Below are positions 63,314 through 64,000 of a DNA stretch of 64,000 bases, piece after piece. Below the pieces are notes generated by a model, which saw only the letters and a program-made list of their open reading frames with translations, made no database searches and was not told where the DNA came from. The stretch's first letter is position 1; each line of letters opens with the position of its first letter. Location: the NCBI RefSeq assembly GCF_009914755.1, contig NC_060928.1. One strand, 5' to 3'. Made by a program: the position numbers and the translations under genes. Source of the DNA: the human T2T-CHM13v2.0 reference genome, Homo sapiens.

Positions 63314-64000
63314 TAGAGTCAGGGTTTCATCATGTTAGCCAGGATGGTCTCGATCTCCTGACCTTGTGATCCACCCGCCTCAGCTTCCCAAAGTGCTGGG
63401 ATTACAGGCATGAGCCACCACACCTGACCTCTGAAAATGTCTTTAGTCTATCCTGATATTTAATCAGAAGTTTTTCAGGGTCTGAAATTATAGTTTTGAA
63501 ACAATTTACTCTTACGTATTTTAACCTTTTAAATTGAGAAATATATAGTTATGATATCTACAATGTATTATGAAATACATTAACATAAACAAATGTTCTA
63601 TAAGCATGACATTTAGTCAGCTACACAAATTTGGTCAGGAACTCGTACCCAAGGTCAGCTGGCATTATAATGGATAAATTTAAGCTCCAAGTACTATTGT
63701 AATGCTTCAGTTATTTTTATTTTTTTGAGATGGAGTCTAGCTCTGTCGCCCAGGCTGGAGTGCAGTGGCGTGATCTCTGCTAACTGCAGCCTCTGCCTCC
63801 TGGGTTCAAGCAATTCTCGCACCTCAGCCTCCCAAGTAGCTGGAATTACAGACGCATGCCACCACACATGGTCAACTTTTGTATTTTTTAGTAGAGACAG
63901 GGTTTCACCATGTTGGTCAGGCTGGTCTTGAACTCCTGACCTCAAGTGATCCACCTGCCTCAGCCTCCAAATTGCTGGAATTATAGCCGTGAGCCACCAC

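Overview
Primate (most likely human) genomic DNA, AT-rich and very Alu-dense. Nearly all ORFs in the supplied track are Alu, microsatellite or chance frames. The main functional element is absent from the ORF track: a spliced 54-codon small ORF on the + strand, join(19000..19075,20588..20676), encoding MRFQQFLFAFFIFIMSLLLISGQRPVNLTMRRKLRKHNCLQRRCMPLHSRVPFP. I recognise this as APELA (Elabela/Toddler), the secreted peptide ligand of the apelin receptor APLNR. It has a probable non-coding last exon at ~37091-39200 and a candidate alternative last exon at ~40401-40670. The window also holds a 5'-truncated L1PA with TSDs (3001-5681), a solo HERV-K(HML-2) LTR5 with a 5-bp TSD and an OCT4-type motif (47193-48162, -), a disabled TRIM60/TRIM61-type copy (57243-58660, +) and an RPL26 processed pseudogene with TSDs (62253-62783, -). 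There are also MLT1, MER2, old L1 remnants, microsatellites and two short locally templated insertions. Repeat subfamily calls and boundaries were made by eye and are approximate.
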